64,000 nt of DNA from Mobula hypostoma (Eukaryota), in assembly GCF_963921235.1 (NCBI RefSeq), contig NC_086097.1, positions 43,960,001 to 44,024,000 of the forward strand, read 5' to 3'. Position numbers and translations under genes: made by a program. Positions within the stretch are counted from its first letter, which is position 1. Each line of letters begins with the position of its first letter. Under the pieces are notes generated by a model that saw nothing but the letters and a program-made list of their open reading frames with translations, ran no database searches and was not told the DNA's origin. Positions 48,031 through 61,708 of the stretch are shown one piece after another.

Positions 48031-50990
48031 ATGAGGGTAGAAGCAAAAAGTAGTAAGGTGAAAAGTAAAAGTGGCAGGCTGGCAAATCCAGGGCAAAAAT
48101 CACAAAGGGCCACTTTTCAACATAATTGTATGAGGGCTAATAGTGTTGTAAAAGCGAGCCTGAAGGCTTTGTGTGTCAATGCAAGGAGCATTCGTAACAA
48201 GGTGGATGAATTAAAAGTTCAGATTGTTATTAATGAATATGATATAGTTGGGATCACAGAGACATGGCTCCAGGGTGACCAAGGATGGGAGCTCAACATT
48301 CAGGGATATTCAATATTCAGGAGGGATAGACATGAAAGAAAAGGAGGTGGGGTAGCATTGCTGGTTAGAGAGGAGATTTATGCAATAGAAAGGAAAGACA
48401 TTAGCCGGGAGGATTGGAATCGATATAGGTAGAGCTGCGGAACACTAAGGGGCAGAAGACGCTGGTGGGAGTTGTGTACAGGCCACCTAACAGTAGTAGT
48501 GAGGTTGGGGATGGCATTAAACAGGAAATTAGAAATGCGTGCAATAAAGGAACAGCAGTTATAATGGGTGACTTCAATCTACATACAGATTGGGTGAACC
48601 AAATTGGTAAGGGTGCTGAGGAAGAGGATTTCTTGGAATGTATGCGGGATGGTTTTTTGAACCAACATGTCGAGGAACCAACTAGAGAGCAGGCCATTCT
48701 AGACTGGGTATTGAGCAATGAGGAAGGGTTAATTAGCAATCTTGTCGTGAGAGGCCCCTTGGGTAAGAGTGACCATAATATGGTGGAATTCTTCATTAAG
48801 ACGGAGAGTGACATAGTTAATTCAGAAACAAAGGTTCTGAACTTAAAGAAGGGTAACTTTGAAGGTATGAGACGTGAATTAGCTAAGATAAACTGGCAAA
48901 TAATACTTAAAGGGTTGACGGTGGATATGCAATGGCAAGCATTTAAAGATCGCATGGATGAACTACAACAATTGTTCATCCCAGTTTGGCAAAAGAATAA
49001 ATCAAGGAAGGTAGTGCACCTGTGGCTGACAAGGGAAATTAGGGATAGTATCAATTCCAAAGAAGAAACATACAAATTAGCCAGAAAAAGCGGCTCACCT
49101 GAGCACTAGGAAAAATTCAGAGTCCAGCAGAGCAGGACAAAGCGCTTAATTTGGAAAGGGAAAAAAGATTATGAGAGAAAACTGGCAGGGAACATAAAAA
49201 CTGACTGTAAAAGCTTTTATAGATATGTGAAAAGAAAAAGATTAGTTAAGATAAATGTAGGTCCCTTACAGACAGAAACAGGTGAATTGATTGTGGGGAA
49301 CAAGGACATAGCAGATCAATTGAATAAGTACTTTGGTTCTGTCTTCACTAAGGAGGACATAAATAATCTTCTGGAAATAGTAGAGGACAGAGGGTCTAGT
49401 GAGATGGAGGAACTGAGGGAAATACATGTTCGTAGGGAAGTGGTGTTAGGTAAATTGAAGGCGTTAAAGGCAGATAAATCCCCAGGGCCAGATGGTCTGC
49501 ATCCCAGAGTGCTTAAGGAAGTAGCCCAAGAAATAGTGGATGCATTAGTGATAATTTTTCAAAACTCTTTAGATTCTGGACTAGTTCCTGAGGATTGGAG
49601 GGTGGCTAATGTAACCCCACTTTTTAAAAAAGGAGGGAGAGAGAAACCAGGGAATTATAGACCAGTTAGCCTAACATCGGTGGTGGGGAAAATGCTAGAG
49701 TCAGTTATCAAAGACGTGATAACAGCACATTTGGAAAGCGGTGAAATGATCGGACAAAGTCAGCATGGATTTGTGAAAGGAAAATCATGTCTGACGAATC
49801 TCATAAAATTTTTTGAGGATGTAACTACTAGAGTGGATAGGGGAGAACCAGTGGATGAGGTATATTTGGATTTTCAAAAGGCTTTTGACAAGGTCCCACA
49901 CAGGAGATTAGTGTGCAAACTTAAAGCACACAGTATTGGGGGTATGGTATTGATGTGGATAGATAATTGGTTGGCAGACAGGAAGCAAAGAGTGGGAATA
50001 AACGGGACCTTTTCAGAATGGCAGGCAGTGACTAGTGGGGTACTGCAAGGATCAGTGCTGGGACCCCAGTTGTTTACAATATATATTAATGACTTAGATG
50101 AGGGAATTAAATGCAGCATCTCCAAGTTTGCGGATGACACGAAGCTGGGCAGCAGTGTTAGCTGTGAGGAGGATGCTAAGAGGATGCAGGGTGACTTGGA
50201 TAGGTTAGGTGAGTGGGCAAATTCATGGCAGATGCAATTTAATGTGGATAAATGTGAGGTTATCCACTTTGGTGGCGAAAACAGGAAAACAGATTATTAT
50301 CTGAATGGTGGCCGATTAGGAAAAGGGGAGGTGCAACAAGACCTGGGTGTCATTATACACCAGTCATTGAAGTGGTCATGTAGGTACAGCAGGCGGTGAG
50401 AAAGGCGAATGGTATGCTGGCATTCATAGCAAAAGGATTCGAGTACAGGAGCAGGGAGGTACTACTGCAGTTGTACAAGGCCTTGGTGAGACCACACCTG
50501 GAGTATTGCGTGCAGTTTTGGTCCCCTAATCTGAGGAAAGACATTCTTGCCATAGAGGGAGTACAAAGAAGGTTCGCCAGATTGATTCCTGGGATGGCAG
50601 GACTTTCATATGATGAAGGACTGGATCGACTAGGCTTATACTTGTTGGAATTTAGAAGATTGAGGGGGGATCTTATTGAAACGTATAAAAGCCTAAAGGG
50701 ATTGGACAGGCTAGATGCAGAAAGATTGTTCCCGATGTTGGGGAAGTCCAGAACGAGGGGTGTTGGGGAAGTCCAGAACGAGGGGTCACAGTTTGAGGAT
50801 AAAGGGGAAGCCTTTTAGGACCGAGATTAGGAAAAACTTCTTCACACAGAGAGTGGTGAATCTGTGGAATTCTCTGCCACAGGAATCAGTTGAGGCCAGT
50901 TCATTGGCTATATTTAAGAGGGAGTTAGATATGGCCCTTGTGGCTAAAGGGATCAGGGGGTATGGAGGGAAGGCTGGTACAGGGTTCTGA
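48031..50990 (+). pseudogene. CR1 ORF2 (APE-RT), disrupted
   Basis: Frameshifts near 48410 and 50372, a stop at 49107-49109, and a 25-bp tandem duplication at 50736-50785. Confidence 0.9.
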
Positions 50991-52905
50991 GTTGGATGAT
51001 CAGCCATGATCATACTGAATGGCGGTGCAGGTTTGAAGGGCCGAATGGCCTACTCCTGCACCTATTTTCTATGTTTCTATGTTTCTACAGAGTTGATACT
51101 GTTAACTGAACATCTTATTGCATGGTGGAACAGGTTTGGAGGGGCTGGTGGTCTGCTCTGATCTTTATTGGCAAATTCCTATCTTTATATGTAAATGTAG
51201 TGGAAGCTTTGAAGGCTGAGGTGGCACTGGGGGAAGTACGAGTCAGCCTTGTCACTGGTGTTCAATAATGATAGAGTAAGTCTGAGTATGATCACGTTTA
51301 TGTAGTTGAAGACAGTGATCTTCCTGTCCCGGAGTGGCTTTTGAATGCCCTCAGAATGCAAAACAGTTAAATGTATTTACATATAAAATAGGAAAATATG
51401 CAGAGCAGATCACTTGGCCCTCAAACCTTGTCAACTCTGTATTTCCATATATTGCAGTAACCTTGTAATCCTTTGCTTTTCAAGAATCCCCAATAGAGAT
51501 TCTTCTAAAACTATTGGATAGACATTTCATCTGTTTCTGGCAAAAAAAAGCACAAGATCTTTCATCTAAAGCTGTGCTGACTGCTGGTGTTGTTATGAAA
51601 ATAGCTCTGCTTTGTAAAGATGGCAGTACAATTCTAAAAGGCTCTTCATGGGAAGCTGAATGGCAGCTTTTGCTTTCTTGTTTACACTCCAACAGACCCT
51701 CATTTGCTTTTCACTGTGCAATTCCATATCTCTTCCATATTGAACAAACATAGCTCGATCTGCCAACTTGCAGATTTTCCAGGTGTGTGAACCCATGTGA
51801 GGTGAATATATCCTGGCAACATTCATTTTCCTATTTATCATTGCAAGGATTACATCATCCCAAAAGGCAAGATGCAGTCTATCGCTTGATATTGTATCTC
51901 TTCCAAGCTTGCGGAATATCATTGTCACATGACTGAACTGGCATGCCTCATCATTCACTGCCGGTAGTAAGCCTTAAATAGAGGAATAGCACACTAACTC
52001 ATGGCTCTGATGTCTGGAGACAGAAATTGTCAGGATCTGTGGCGATTTTAAGGTCAACATCAACCCAATGCTGAAAGTAGATCAACACCCTCTGCCCAGC
52101 ATAGAGGTATTTTTGCCAGCCTTTCTGGAGGGAAACACTTCAGCAAAGATAACTTAGCAGAGGCCTACCTACAGATGGATCTGGAAGAAGTGATCAAAGT
52201 GTTTCTCAGCATTGACACTCACGAAGCGTTTTATTGCAATAATAGGCTTATCTTTGGAATGGTATCTGCACCTGCACCCCGGCAGCAAATGTGCTGCAAG
52301 GCTGCCCCAGCACTCAGTGTTGTTACTGGTAAGGATGACAAGGAACATCTCGAAAATCTTAAGACAGTGTTAAAAAGATTAGAAGATTATTGGCTCAGAG
52401 CACAATGCAATAAGTGTGAATTCTTTGAACCAGGCATCACTTACTGTTGTCACACCATTGATGCACAAGCTTTACACAAATGTGCTGAGAAAATTCAAGC
52501 AGTGGTGGATGTTCCAAGGCCAAAGGATGTGTCACAGTTGAGGTCCTTTATTGGATTTGTCAATTGCCATGAGGGGTTCCTGGCTGCTGTGCTCCACCCC
52601 CTATCTCATTAGTAGAGTGTCATAAGGGGGCGGCTGGTAGCGGACCCAAATGCAAGACACAGACACTGAAGCATTAGGAACAGGACTAGGCATGACAAGG
52701 AAACAAGGGAAGAGAGGAAGAAATTATGCTGGACATGACACAGGCCCTGGATGAGACAAGGATACAGGGCCTGGGTTAGAACTTCACTAGGATGGCAGAA
52801 CCAGGACATGGAACTTGGAACTAGGAGCCTGGGCTTGGACTCCAAACCAGAGACTGGACAAGGACCCAAAGCCTGGGTCTTGACTCGGGCTTGGACCCCG
52901 GATCT

Positions 52906-53040
52906 AGGCAAGGACATGACGGGGCTTGGGTTCCTCGAGGCGAGGACATGATGGGGCTTGGGTTCCTCGAGGTGAGGACATGACGGGGCTTGGGTTCCCC
53001 GAGGCAAGGACATGACGGGGCTTGGGTTCCTCGAGGCGAG
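52906..53040. repeat. Minisatellite, about 4.2 x 32 bp
   Basis: AGGACATGA starts at 52911, 52943, 52975 and 53007. Confidence 0.95.
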
Positions 53041-53644
53041 GGTACTTCGAGGCTTGGGTACGGACTCCAAGCCAAAGACTGAGCAAGGACCCAGAACCCG
53101 GGACTTGACTTGGGCTCGGACTCCAGAACTAGGCTCGGACAGGACATGGCTACAGGACGAGGAGAGGCAACAGGACTGGACGTGAGACTCCTGGACAGGA
53201 CCAGAGAACCCCAGCAAACGATGAGGGAACCCCAGCACCAGGATGGGCTGGCCACATGGATAAGATGAGAACACAAAACTGTAGCTTGGACAGGACAAGG
53301 TTCTTGGATCATGGCTAGGACTGCACGAGACCCCAAAGCCTTGACTAGGTTGAGGGAGAGACAGGAACATGGAACACAGAGCCGGGACCCCTCCTTGGGT
53401 ACAGGACGAAGGGCCGGGACTCATTACACAGAATGCAGAATACGACAAGATGGTTTCCAACACAAGGCAGCGGCAGACGGCCGGACCCACCTAGTGAAGG
53501 CGTGGACACAGACGGTTCCCAACACTAGGTAGCGGCGAATGGCCAGACCTACCTAGTAAAGGCGAGAACACAGAGACAGTTCTCAAGTTCCTTATCTTGC
53601 TCCAGCGATTGAACTAGACAGAGGGGGAGGGGGAGGAGAGGGGA

Positions 53645-53709
53645 GGGGATGGGGATGGGGATGGGGATTGGGATTGGGATTGGGATTGGGATTGGGATTG
53701 GGATTGGGA
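53645..53709. repeat. (GGGATG/GGGATT)n microsatellite
   Basis: Read directly from the sequence. Confidence 0.95.
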
Positions 53710-54142
53710 CAGGAGGTATGGACAGGAACAATCCAGCAGCCAGAGGCTGAATCCTGAAGCTATTTATGATGCCAGGCAAATGAGAATCAGCTGCCTCAAC
53801 AGAAACTGGGGAAAACTGGAAAACCTGGAATAAGGAACATAGACCGGACCGTGAACTGGAAAAAAAGGTTAAAAAGATGGTGACGTCAGACAGCGTACTC
53901 ACACATTGTCCAGTGAAGCTTGCCATGCACTGTTCAGGATGCCAACACATTCAGAAGAGAGGTTTCCAGAGATGTCAGTACTTTCTACAGTCCTAGAATC
54001 ATCTACTACAACCACCACAGAGGAGGATCCAGCATCTGAGGTTGTTTCACAGCCGCAAGTATTTCCCGCCAAGCACCCCTCCCCACCCCTCACTGGTCAG
54101 GAAAGATGTTATCCTACAAGAGAAAAGGACATCCTCCAATAT

Positions 54143-54246
54143 GTGGTTAAGTGCCTTGCTCAAGGATGCACACGCTGCCTCAGCCAAGGCTCGAACTAGC
54201 TACCTTCAAATCACTAGATGAACTCCATAACTACTTGGCCACGCGC
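54143..54246 (-). mobile_element. tRNA-derived SINE head fragment
   Basis: AAGTGCCTTGCTCAAGG and CTCGAACT (B-box complement). Absent from the homologous Gypsy copy at 22.5 kb. Confidence 0.5.
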
Positions 54247-54781
54247 CAACACCATGTATATATCAATACAAGGTGGAGACGCATTCTAAATTAAGATGGA
54301 TTTTATAGCCAAGCAGGGAGGAGTGTTGTGTATTTAATATTTCAGTAATAGTTGAGTCATATTGTGAATACGTTGTCAATTAAACATTCTTTGTTTAAAT
54401 AATTCGTTACTTGTTATATGTAAAATTACATAAATGGCATACATCATGATGCCACCACAAGATACATGCGCGCCTTGCTTAAAGTAAATACAAAATTAGA
54501 CTCAAATTTCGGATACCCGTCTTTTCCTTTCAATTAGCTGATGTTTTGGAGTTACAAACATAACAGTGTGCAGTCATGGAATGAAATCTAGCTGTCACGT
54601 GGAAAGCAAAGAGTTGGAATAAATGAGCCCCTATTAGGCTGGAGGAATGTAATTAGTGGAGTACCCTAGGGATCGTACTTCACCTTTGATATTACATAAG
54701 GAACTGGAAGTGGGAACAAAAGATAGGTGTTTCCAATTTTGCTGATGATACAAAAGTAGATGGAAGAGTATGAGGTAATGA

Positions 54782-57068
54782 GGACTGGTTCTCAAGGAAC
54801 TGTACAAGACCATTAACACTCTGGAGAATGTACACCCAGAGGCTGCCTTCATCATCACCAGAGACTTTAATAGAGTGTTGTTCTCTAAAGTCTCTCTAAA
54901 GTTTTGTCAACACATCCAGATGAACACACGGGAAGATAGCATACTTGATCCCTGCTACTCTCCCTTCCACAATGCTTACAAAGCGCTCCTCCGTCCACTG
55001 TTTGGGAAGTCGGATCACTCCTCCATCTTGCTTCTGCCCATGTACAGGAGCTGAAACAAGAGGTGGCCATAGTTAAAACCGTGCACTCTCGGTCTGATCG
55101 ATTTCCATGCTACAGGACTACTTTAATGATGTCAACTGAAATGTCTTTTGTGGCTTCGTCCGGAGGTGCATCGAGGATGTTGTCCCCCAAAAATCAGTCA
55201 GGGTCTATCCAAACTAGAAACCCTGGATCAACAGTTCTGTGTGCGTTGCACTTACTGTGCAAGACAGAGCTTACGTTGCCAGTAACCAACAGGAACTGAA
55301 GAAGTGCAGCTATGATCTACACAAAGTCATCAAGGCAACAAAATAACATTATAGGGACAAGATCCAGACACAACTCTCCACCAACAACACACACAGCTTA
55401 TGGTAAGGTCTGTACACCATCGCAGATTTCAAAGCTAAGCACAGTGGTTCTGCCAATATTCACTGCCTCTCTCCCAGATGAGCTAAATCTTTTTCATGCT
55501 CGGTTCGATGTCACCAGCACTGAGCCCCAGAGGAGAGCCACTGAATTGACCTGCACTCGATCATCTCTGAGGCTGAAGTACACAGGTGTTTCCAATGAGT
55601 GGACAGTCACAAGGCTGCGGGACCGGACAGCATCCCAGGGCAGGTACTCAGAATGTGTGCAGCACAACTGGCAGGTGTGTTTATAGACATTTTCAATCTC
55701 TCCCTCTCCCAGAGTAGAGTGCCCTCCTGCTTCAAAACATCCACCATTGTCCCTGTACCTAAAAAGACCAAGGTAACATGTCTGAACAACAGGCGTCCTG
55801 TCACACTCACCTCAATAATAGGCAAATGCTTTGAGAGGCTGGTCAAGGACTACAGACCCACACTGGACTCCCTACAATTCGCCTACTGACAGAACCAATC
55901 AACAAATGATGCAATAGCCACAGCTCTACACACCATCCTTACACATCTGGATAAGAAGGATGCTTATGTGAGAATGCTGTTCCTGGACTACAGTTCAGCA
56001 TTCAACATCATAATTCCCTCCAGGCTCGACAGGAATCTCAGAGACCTCAGCCTTCACCCTGCCTTGTGCAGCTGGATCCTGGACTTCCTGTTAGATAGCC
56101 GGTAGGTGGTAAGAGTGGGTTCCCTCACCTCTGTCCCTCTGACCCTCAACATGGGAGGCCCTCAGGGATGTGTCCTAAGCCTCCTCCTTTACTCTATGTA
56201 CGACCATGACGGTGTCGCCAGCCATAGCTCCAATCTGCAAATTAAATTTGCTGACGATACCACACTGATTGGCCTTATCTCAAATAATAACGAGGCAGCC
56301 TACAGAGAAGAATTCATCACCCTGACACAGTGGTGTTAAGAAAACAACCTCTTCCTCAATGTTGCAAAAACAAAGGAGCTGGTTGTGGACTACAGGAGGA
56401 ATGGAGACAGGCTAGCCCCTATTGACATCAATGGATCTGGGGTTGAGAGGGTGAACAGCTTTAAGTTCCTTGGCATAAACATCACCGAGGATCTCACGTG
56501 GTCTGTACCTACCGGCTATGTGGTGAAAAAGGCACAACAGCACCTCTTTCACCTTAGGTGGTTGAAGAAGTTTGATATGGGCCCCCAAATCCTAAGAACT
56601 TTCTACAGGGGCACAATTGAGAGCATCCTGACTGGCTGCATCCCTGCCTGGTATGGGAACTGTACTTCCCTCAATCTCAGGGCTCTGCAGAGAGTGGTGC
56701 GGACAGCCTAGCGCATCTATAGATGTGAACTTCCCACTATTCAGGACATTTACATAGACAGGTGTGTGAAAAGGGCCCGAAGGATCGTTGGGGACCCGAG
56801 TCACCCCAACCACAAATTGATCCAGCTGCTACCATCCAGGAAATGGTACCTCAGCATAAAAGCCAAGACCAACAGGCTCTGGGGCAGCTTTTCCACCAGG
56901 ACATTAGCATGATTAATTCACGCTGACACAACTGTATTTCTATGTTATACTGACTGTCCTGTTGTACACATTATTTATTACAAATTACTATAAATTGCAC
57001 ATTACATTAAGATGGAGACATAACATGTATGTGAAGAATGTAAGAAATAAAGTTAATTCAATTCAATT
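54782..57068 (+). mobile_element. Rex1/Babar LINE, decayed, nested in an old CR1 (about 54570-57545)
   Basis: [39 protein letters not shown] and an (AATTC)n tail. Confidence 0.88.
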
Positions 57069-58611
57069 CTTCAACAGGACGTAAATAGATTATTCAGTAA
57101 GAGGAATTATTATCCAGTTAAAGTGAGACTGCAAATATATGAAATTCTGTGTGAGCTAAGTGTTCCTGTACATCAATCAGAAAAAGCTAGCAAAGGCACT
57201 TTTGTCTTTATTGCAAAGGGTTGGATTCTAAGAACAGGAAGGGTTTGTTGAAATGGCTCTGCCTGGAATTCTCTGCAGAGTTTTGATCCCTTAACTAAAA
57301 ATAGGAAATAGTGGTATTGGAGGTACTGAGGTGTGTAGAAACTTCTTTTGTCAGAAGATAGTGAATCTCTGGTTCTATGCTACCGAGGGTTGTGGAGGTC
57401 TAATTAGAAAGTATATTTCAGGTGGAGATGGATAAGTATTTGAAAGATCAGGGGTTATGGGGAACTGAAGATGGACTGAGGCTAGCATAGACTAACCAAA
57501 ATTATCCAGGCTTCATGAGCCTTGTGGCCTACTCCTGCTTCCATTTTATCCACATTAAACAATTGTTTACGCACCTTCTTCACGGATTAATTTTAACTTC
57601 ATGGATTTAGGAATTAGGGAGATTCGTCTGCTGCCTTGGTATCTGCATTTGCTGCCTTATCTACAAGATAGATACAGAGTCATGCAGGTTTATATACAGT
57701 ACTTCAAACCAGTTAGTGCTGGCCTGGAACATATCAGCACCATCAGGAGATTCATCAGCCCCTCAGGTCCTTTCAAGTCTTGCCATAACATTCTTGCTTT
57801 TTTCTGAATCATCATGAAACTCAGGGGTACGCTATTGATTCTGATATTTTAACCACGTGCTTAATCCTTTTCCATTATTTTCATTATAATATTGCCACCT
57901 CCGAGTAAACTTACCAAACAGAAAAACTAATCTTAATTTCATTGGCCATACTTCTAGTATAGTCTTTTGGTGTTTATTTTCCAATGTTGTAATCTACTTC
58001 TAAAGTGGTTCGTGAAAATGCTGTAGATCAACAGATTCAAGGATCAATTATGTCAATGACGCTGTCACTGATCATGTCAAGTGCCTGGGGCCTATTACTT
58101 CAAGGGGTCTGTATCATCACAATGAGGCCGTCAACCTAATGATGGTGATATTGTAGTCACAGTTGCACTCGTGATTTTAGTTACTATATATCACTAAATG
58201 TAGCCTGTAGGTTCTTACAAAGTCCATTAGAAATAGATTAAAGGCTTGTGCTTGTTTACATAATTAGTGATTCTTATTGACTATAATTGCCAACTGTACT
58301 CCTCTCTCTGCACACACTTCAAACCCAAAACATCAAAGCTTGTGAATGATACATTTTTAAATCAAGGAACACCCGTATGCTGTTAACGTCAACTGGAAAT
58401 TATTCATTAAAATAGTGCTTGTTTGTGCATTTTCTAGTGGGTGACCTTGTTAGAGTTTGCTGTGCAAGTACAAAACGCCTGACAAACATGGTCTGGTGGA
58501 TGTGTTGCTGGCATCTGATTATCACATACCTACTTTTGTGTTTGCTTGCCCTTATTTAGGGTAAGCCTTTGATGTTGCAATCTGTTATGATCCTCTTTTG
58601 CTTAAAGAGAT

Positions 58612-58905
58612 AAGCTTTATTTGTCACATGTACATCGAAAGACTGAAACTTACAGTTTTTTTTTTGCGTTAAAGACCAGCACAGTGCGAATATGTGCAGG
58701 GGTAGGGGTAGCCTGCACGTGTCGCCATGCTTCTGGCTCCAACCTAGCATGACCTCAATGCACAAACCCTAACCCATACGTCTTTGGAATGTGGCGGGAA
58801 ACTGCAATACCTGGAGGAAACCCAAGTGGTCACAGGGAGAATGTACGAATCCTACAAGCAAAATCGAACCCCGGTCGCTGTGCTATAATAGTGTTACGCA
58901 ACTTA
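58612..58905 (-). mobile_element. V-SINE-like element
   Basis: GTCTTTGGAATGTGG…CCTGGAGGAAACCCA…GGTCACAGGGAGAATGTAC…TCGAACCC. Confidence 0.7.
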
Positions 58906-59528
58906 CAATCTCTATGTAATTTTTAAATTTGCAACATGGTCTGATATCATCTTACATTTTTGAGGAGAAATCAAATTACTTTGCATTTAATCACATACTA
59001 TGATTTTGACCTATCTACTTAATTCAGGAAATTAAAATTTTTAGCCCAATGTAAGTTTTCTGGACAGAAGAGTTCATGTTTTGGACAGCATTCATTCACA
59101 TAGTGTCTGCAAACTAATTTAGGAGTCCTGAAAGTCTATAATTCATTGCCAAATATCCATGCTACACACAAGGCACTCAAACAGATTTAGATAGACTAAG
59201 TCCACATTTTGTTTCACAACTACACAAGTTAAAGGTTTTCAACTGGCAGTTTGGTGAAATCTTCATTTAGTTCAACTATTGATCTTTGGAAGAAGGTATC
59301 ACTTAGTTTTACTACTTCTTTCAATGGCATGATCAAATTACAGCAACTAGTAAACAGTAGGTCAGCCAACTCTTGTTGATTTAAAGCACTTCCTGTTCCT
59401 CGAGCTGGAATGCCAAAAAAACACCATGTGATGATACCCTCGAAAATGTAGAAGTTCAAATACAAGCAACACACATCAAAGTTGCTGGTGAACACAGCAG
59501 GCCAAGCAGCATCTGTAGGAAGAGGTGC

Positions 59529-59564
59529 AGTCGATGTTTCAGGCCGAGACCCTTCGTCAGGACT
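59529..59564 (-). ncRNA. Minimal hammerhead motif with stem III mutation
   Basis: Minus strand AGTC-CTGACGA-AGGGTCTCGGCCT-GAAACATC-GACT. Confidence 0.7.
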
Positions 59565-59858
59565 AACTGAAGGAAGAGTGAGTAAGGGATTTGAAAGTTG
59601 GAGGGGGAGGGGGAGATCCAAAATGATAGGAGAAGACAGGAGGGGGAGGGATAGAGCCGAGAGCTGGACAGGTGATAGGCAAAAGGGGATACGAGAGGAT
59701 CATGGGACAGGAGGTCCAGGAAGAAAGACAAGGGGGGGGGGACCCAGAGGATGGGCAAGAGGTATATTCAGAGGGACAGAGGGAGAAAAAGAAGAGTGAT
59801 AGAAAGAATGTGTGCATAAAAATGAGTAACAGATGGGGTACGAGGGGGAGGTGGGGCA

Positions 59859-61270
59859 TTAGCGGAAGTTAGAGAAGTCGATGTTCATGCCATCAGGTTG
59901 GAGGCTACCCAGACGGAATATAAGGTGTTGTTCCTCCAACCTGAGTGTGGCTTCATCTTTACAGTAGAGGAGGCCGTGGATAGACATGTCAGAATGGGAA
60001 TGGGATGTGGAATTAAAATGTGTGGCCACTGGGAGATCCCGCTTTCTCTGGCGGACGGAGCGTAGATGTTCAGCAAAGCGGTCTCCCAGTCTGCGTCGGG
60101 TCTTGCCAATATATAAAAGGCCACATCGGGAGCACTGGACGCTGTATATCACCCCAGTCGACTCACAGGTGAAGTGTTGCCTCACCTGGAAGGACTGTTT
60201 GGGGCCCTGAATGGTGGTAAGGGAGGAAGTGTAAGGGCATGTGTAGCACTTGTTCCGCTTACACGGATAAGTGCCAGGAGGGAGATCAGTGGGGAGGGAT
60301 GGGGGGGACGAATGGACAAGGGAGTTGCGTAGGGAGCGATCTCTGCGGAATGCAGAGAGAGGTGGGGAGGGAAAGATATGTTTAGTGGTGGGATCCCATT
60401 GGAGGTGGCGGAAGTTACGGAGAATAATATGTTGGACCCGGAGGCTGGTGGGGTGGTAGGTGAGGACCAGGGGAACCCTATTCCTAGTGGGGTGGCGGGA
60501 GGATGGAGTGAGAGCAGATGTACGTGAAATGGGGGAGATGCGTTTAAGAGCAGAGTTGATAGTGGAGGAAGGGAAGCCTCTTTCTTTAAAAAAGGAAGAC
60601 ATCTCCCTTGTCCTAGAATGAAAAGCCTCACCCTGAGAGCAGATGCGGCGGAGACGGAGGAATTGCGAGAAGGGGATGGCGTTTTTGCAAGAGACAGGGT
60701 GAGAAGAGGAATAGTCCAGATAGCTGTGAGAGTCAGTAGGCTTATAGTAGACATCAGTGGATAAGCTGTCTCCAGAGACAGAGACAGAAAGATCTAGAAA
60801 GGGGAGGGAGGTGTCGGAGATGGACCAGGTGAACTTGAGGGCAGGGTGAAAGTTGGAGGCAAAGTTAATAAAGTCAACGAGCTCTGCATGCGTGCAGGAA
60901 GCAGCGCCAATGCAGTCGTCGATGTAGTGAAGGAAAAGTGAGGGACGGATACCAGAATAGGCATGGAACATAGATTGTTCCACAAACCCAACAAAAAGGC
61001 AGGCATAGCTAAGACCCATACGGGTGCCCATAGCTACACCTTTAGTTTGGAGGAAGTGGGAGGAGCCAAAGGAGAAATTATTAAGAGTAAGGACTAATTC
61101 CGCTAGACGGAGCAGAGTGGTGGTAGAGGGGAACTGATTAGGTCTGGAATCCAAAAAGATGCGTAGAGCTTTGAGACCTTCCTGATGGGGGATGGAAGTA
61201 TATAAGGACTGGACATCCATGGTGAAAATAAAGCGGTGGGGGCCAGGGAACTTAAAATCATCGAAAAGTT
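59859..61270 (-). CDS. Penelope RT + GIY-YIG endonuclease, open frame, N-terminally truncated
   Basis: FTMDVQSLYT, QTKGVAMG, HYIDD, FLDL, YYKPTD, GVIYSVQC…LYIGKT…RFAEH…E…GMN. The ORF-track start at 61295 lies in the inverted arm. Confidence 0.88.
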
Positions 61271-61708
61271 CCCCATCCCATTCCCATTCTGACATGTCTA
61301 TCCACGGCCTCCTCTACTGTAAAGATGAAGCCACACTCAGGTTGGAGGAACAACACCTTATATTCCGTCTGGGTAGCCTCCAACCTGATGGCATGAACAT
61401 CGACTTCTCTAACTTCCGCTAAGGGCCCACCTCCCCCTCGTACCCCATCTGTTATTCATTTTTATGCACACACTCTTTCTCTCACTCTCCTTTTTGTCCC
61501 TCTGAATATACCTCTTGCCCATCCTCTGGGTTCCCCACACCTTGTCTTTCTTCCCGGACCTCCTGTCCCATGATCCTCTCGTATCCCCTTTTGCCTATCA
61601 CCTGTCCAGCTCTTGGCTCTATCCCTCCCCCTCCTGTCTTCTCCTATCATTTTGGATCTCCCCCTCCCCCTCCAACTTTCAAATCCCTTACTCACTCTTC
61701 CTTCAGTT

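Larger units (their letters stand above)
46700..51087 (+). mobile_element. Full-length CR1, inactivated
   Basis: CpG-rich 5' UTR, ORF1, ORF2 and (TTTCTATG)n tail. Inserted into an older CR1 3' end. The 5' boundary is approximate. Confidence 0.92.
52618..53860 (-). mobile_element. Inserted LTR-like sequence, truncated at one end, repeat-rich
   Basis: Begins TGTCATAAG; the minus strand ends …GCATTTGGGTCC…TGACA. Interrupts the Gypsy RT. No second terminus or TSD found. Confidence 0.6.
52030..54565 (+). mobile_element. Gypsy remnant (RT fragments, collapsed pol end, PPT, 3' LTR 54324-54565)
   Basis: RICGDFKV, AYLQMDL, HLENLKTVLKRLE…KCEFF, LRSFIGFVN. LTR reads TGTTGTGT…ACATAACA after AAGCAGGGAGGAG. 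Confidence 0.8.

Noticed and set aside
51480..51958. Possible host exons (ORFs of 70-121 aa)
   Set aside because: No recognisable protein similarity or consistent splice-bounded frame. Small exons cannot be excluded without RNA data.
52906..53040. CRISPR-like 32-bp repeats
   Set aside because: The units are head-to-tail with no spacers, there are no cas genes, and the context is eukaryotic.
52609..53490. 293-aa ORF
   Set aside because: Low-complexity translation of tandem repeats.
53645..53709. Interstitial telomere
   Set aside because: The unit is GGGATT/GGGATG, which is not a permutation of TTAGGG.
57601..57807. 68-aa ATG-initiated ORF
   Set aside because: Length is compatible with chance, and it has no motif.
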